DNA of 64,000 nt, from NCBI GenBank assembly GCA_946536925.1, contig CAMNFC010000001.1, positions 4,064 through 68,063 on the forward strand. Reading direction: 5' to 3'. Position numbers and translations under genes: made by a program. Positions 62,071 through 64,000 of this stretch are shown in pieces (the stretch's first letter is position 1; each line of letters opens with the position of its first letter). The notes under the pieces were generated by a model. It was not told where the DNA came from and made no database searches. It worked only from the letters and a program-made list of their open reading frames with translations. The DNA comes from an uncultured Selenomonadales bacterium. GTDB taxonomy: Bacteria > Bacillota > Negativicutes > Selenomonadales > Selenomonadaceae.

Positions 62071-64000
62071 ATGGAAAATTTGAAACGAATCGACCAACTG
62101 CGACGAAGTTTGACGGAACTGCGCGAGTGCGGCAATCTGTTAAAACAAAATCTCGGCGACATCAACGACGTTATCGACGAAAACAAATTTGCCAAGTCCG
62201 CGAACTTGAAGATATGGACCGATAATATTTCCGCGTGGCTGAAAAAATCTGTCGAATGCGCAGAGTTGTATGTTGACATTTTCAAAGAAGCGTTGCCCGA
62301 AAAATTTTCCGACGTCGAAAAAAATTTGGACGCGGAAGAAAAAAGAATTCGCGAGGAAAGCGTCTTCGGCCTGGCGGAAAAATTTTTGCTGTTCGTCACG
62401 GCTTCGGCCGACCTGAAAAAAATTTTGCACGAACACCAAGCCGCGCTGAAAAAATTGCTCGCGAGGAAACGCAAAAACGATCAGCTCAAAGCCGCCCTGG
62501 AGCCCTACGCAAAATTTTTTATCGCCACGAAAGAAACCGCCGTTGCTAAAAAATTTTCGGCGGGCAAAGATCTCAGTGACTTTTTCGGCGACGAATTCAT
62601 CGGCCGCGGGCTTTTCGGCAGCGAGCTGACGGAAGCGACGCCCGAAGAAATTTTGGCGGAAAAACCCGTTCGTCGGCGCAGAAGAAAAATTGAGCCCGAA
62701 GAAAAAATTCCCGAGCCGCCCAAAAAGAAAGATGACTTCAAAAAAATTATTCGCGGCGCGCTGCTCACCGAGGACGACTTGAGCGCGTGGGAAAAAATTT
62801 TCGCCATCGACAAAAACGACCGCAACAAAGAATTTTCCTCCGTCCTCTTCAAGCGCGACTTCAAAAAGAACGCCGAGATTCTCAAGCCGGTTTTGCGTTA
62901 CGTTTCGGGCGCGGGGATTTTGTCGTGGCCGGCCTTCCGCCTGAAAAAAATGTCCAAGGAAGTCATGGAAAGTCTCGCGCAAATTTTGTTCAACCGCGGC
63001 TACATTCAAAAATATTCTTTCGGCGAACGCGGAAATTTTTACGGCCTGACGAGAAAATTTTTTGAGTTCGTCAAGACCGACAGCGGCAAAAAATTCGTCG
63101 ACGCCCGCCGCAACAAAATCGAGCTGGAAAATATTTGCTTCCTGGCCGAAAAGATGAAGAACGCCCTGGTTCGCGCGATTTACTGCCACCTGTACGCCGT
63201 CGAGTTCGACCACGGGAGCGAGCTGTCCGCCATCGAGTTTTCGCCGGCTGCTTTCGCTGCTTTCCGCGCGGAATTTTCCGGCAACGGCAAGCGCGATTTG
63301 ATTCTCGGCTGTTTTTGGGAGAAGGTTGAGGAGTGCGAAACTTTTTTGCGGCGGGAGAAAAATTATTTCAAGAAGGCCAAAAATTTTGATCGCGTGTTCG
63401 TGGCGGGACTGAGCCTCAATCACGCTGAAAAAATTTCCGTCGCGTTGGAAAAAATTTTCGCGGAAGATTCCCCTGCGGCCGACGCGAAATATCTTTACGA
63501 TTTCGGCACGGATGAATTTTTCATCGCGGGCACGGCGGAAAAAATTTCGGCGGAAAAAATTTGGAGCGACACGCCGCCCGAAGATGATCCCGCGCCCGAA
63601 AAAATTCCCGAAGCCGAAGAAGAGCCCGAAGAAATTTCCGTTCCGCAAAAATCTTCGGCACCCGCGCTCGACGCCAACGTCAAAGAAAAAATTTTGCACG
63701 ACGTGAAAAAAATGCTCCTGGCCAAAAAATTTTTCTGCGCGGCGGCTTACCTCAAAGCCCAAAGTTTGGAAGTCAAAGAGGCCGAGACGCTTTATCGGCA
63801 GCTGGCTTTCGCGTTGGACGACCCGCTCCTCAAAGAAGGCTACAGCGCGGATTCGATTTCGATTTTGGCCACGACCGACGACGACGACTTCAACGAGGCA
63901 TTGATTACTGCCGCCGCCGTCCGCGCGATTTTCTACAACGATTTTGGCGTCGATTACGGCGTTCAAGCTCTGCACGCGCTGACGAAAAGTTTTGCTCTCG
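62071..64000 (+). CDS. Large hypothetical protein (more than 643 aa; continues beyond window)
   Basis: The frame is open from ATG 62071 (GGGAGG RBS, 4 nt after the livF stop) to the window end, so it has no stop and is absent from the ORF track. It has a coiled-coil N-terminus, a basic RRRRRK patch and a Pro/Glu-rich linker. No family is recognised. The 62140..63975 minus ORF is its shadow. Confidence 0.6.
   Translation, partial: MENLKRIDQLRRSLTELRECGNLLKQNLGDINDVIDENKFAKSANLKIWTDNISAWLKKSVECAELYVDIFKEALPEKFSDVEKNLDAEEKRIREESVFGLAEKFLLFVTASADLKKILHEHQAALKKLLARKRKNDQLKAALEPYAKFFIATKETAVAKKFSAGKDLSDFFGDEFIGRGLFGSELTEATPEEILAEKPVRRRRRKIEPEEKIPEPPKKKDDFKKIIRGALLTEDDLSAWEKIFAIDKNDRNKEFSSVLFKRDFKKNAEILKPVLRYVSGAGILSWPAFRLKKMSKEVMESLAQILFNRGYIQKYSFGERGNFYGLTRKFFEFVKTDSGKKFVDARRNKIELENICFLAEKMKNALVRAIYCHLYAVEFDHGSELSAIEFSPAAFAAFRAEFSGNGKRDLILGCFWEKVEECETFLRREKNYFKKAKNFDRVFVAGLSLNHAEKISVALEKIFAEDSPAADAKYLYDFGTDEFFIAGTAEKISAEKIWSDTPPEDDPAPEKIPEAEEEPEEISVPQKSSAPALDANVKEKILHDVKKMLLAKKFFCAAAYLKAQSLEVKEAETLYRQLAFALDDPLLKEGYSADSISILATTDDDDFNEALITAAAVRAIFYNDFGVDYGVQALHALTKSFAL

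Noticed and set aside
62140-63975. 611-aa minus-strand ORF
   Set aside because: Antisense to the open plus-strand frame that starts with a strong RBS right after livF. The minus translation is F/R/G/N low-complexity sequence.
1-64000. Search for mobile elements, prophage, integrase, transposase, CRISPR-Cas, toxin-antitoxin or rRNA
   Set aside because: None were recognised. tmRNA and tRNA-Pro are present, but no integrase or direct-repeat attachment site flanks them.

Overview
A 64-kb bacterial chromosomal window of about 50% GC that is almost entirely coding. There are about 60 protein genes, tRNA-Pro(UGG) and tmRNA, and no rRNA, CRISPR array, transposase or integrase. Most genes are housekeeping: thyX, rpiB, cheR, hypA/hypB plus a hydrogenase protease, hisA/hisF, rimO, fmt, ruvB, glyA, tsaC, prmC, coaBC, rpoZ, gmk, dapF, ybaK and a livJHMGF ABC transporter. 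Gene order looks Firmicutes-like or diderm (Negativicutes or Synergistota-like), but the taxon is not assigned.

Observations that stand out:
1. The palindrome AAAATTTT is massively over-represented in coding and non-coding DNA, which produces very long spurious antisense ORFs.
2. A flagellin carries an HExxH metalloprotease domain in its variable region (flagellinolysin-type).
3. Two giant, acidic, signal-peptide-less RTX-like repeat proteins are present. One has four essentially identical 264-bp tandem repeats. The other sits behind a ~250-nt GC-rich structured leader.
4. An NYN (PIN-like) nuclease domain is fused to five copies of an unassigned ~85-aa module. It leads an operon that ends in a plausible ADP-ribose salvage trio.
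5. The liv operon has accessory genes at every gene junction. These include two paralogous GT9-like glycosyltransferases spread by a triplicated ~72-nt junction cassette. One paralog is frameshifted at a G11 homopolymer, making it a candidate phase-variation switch.
6. A large uncharacterised protein runs off the right edge of the window.

All functional calls come from motifs recognised by eye in the supplied translations. No database search was possible.
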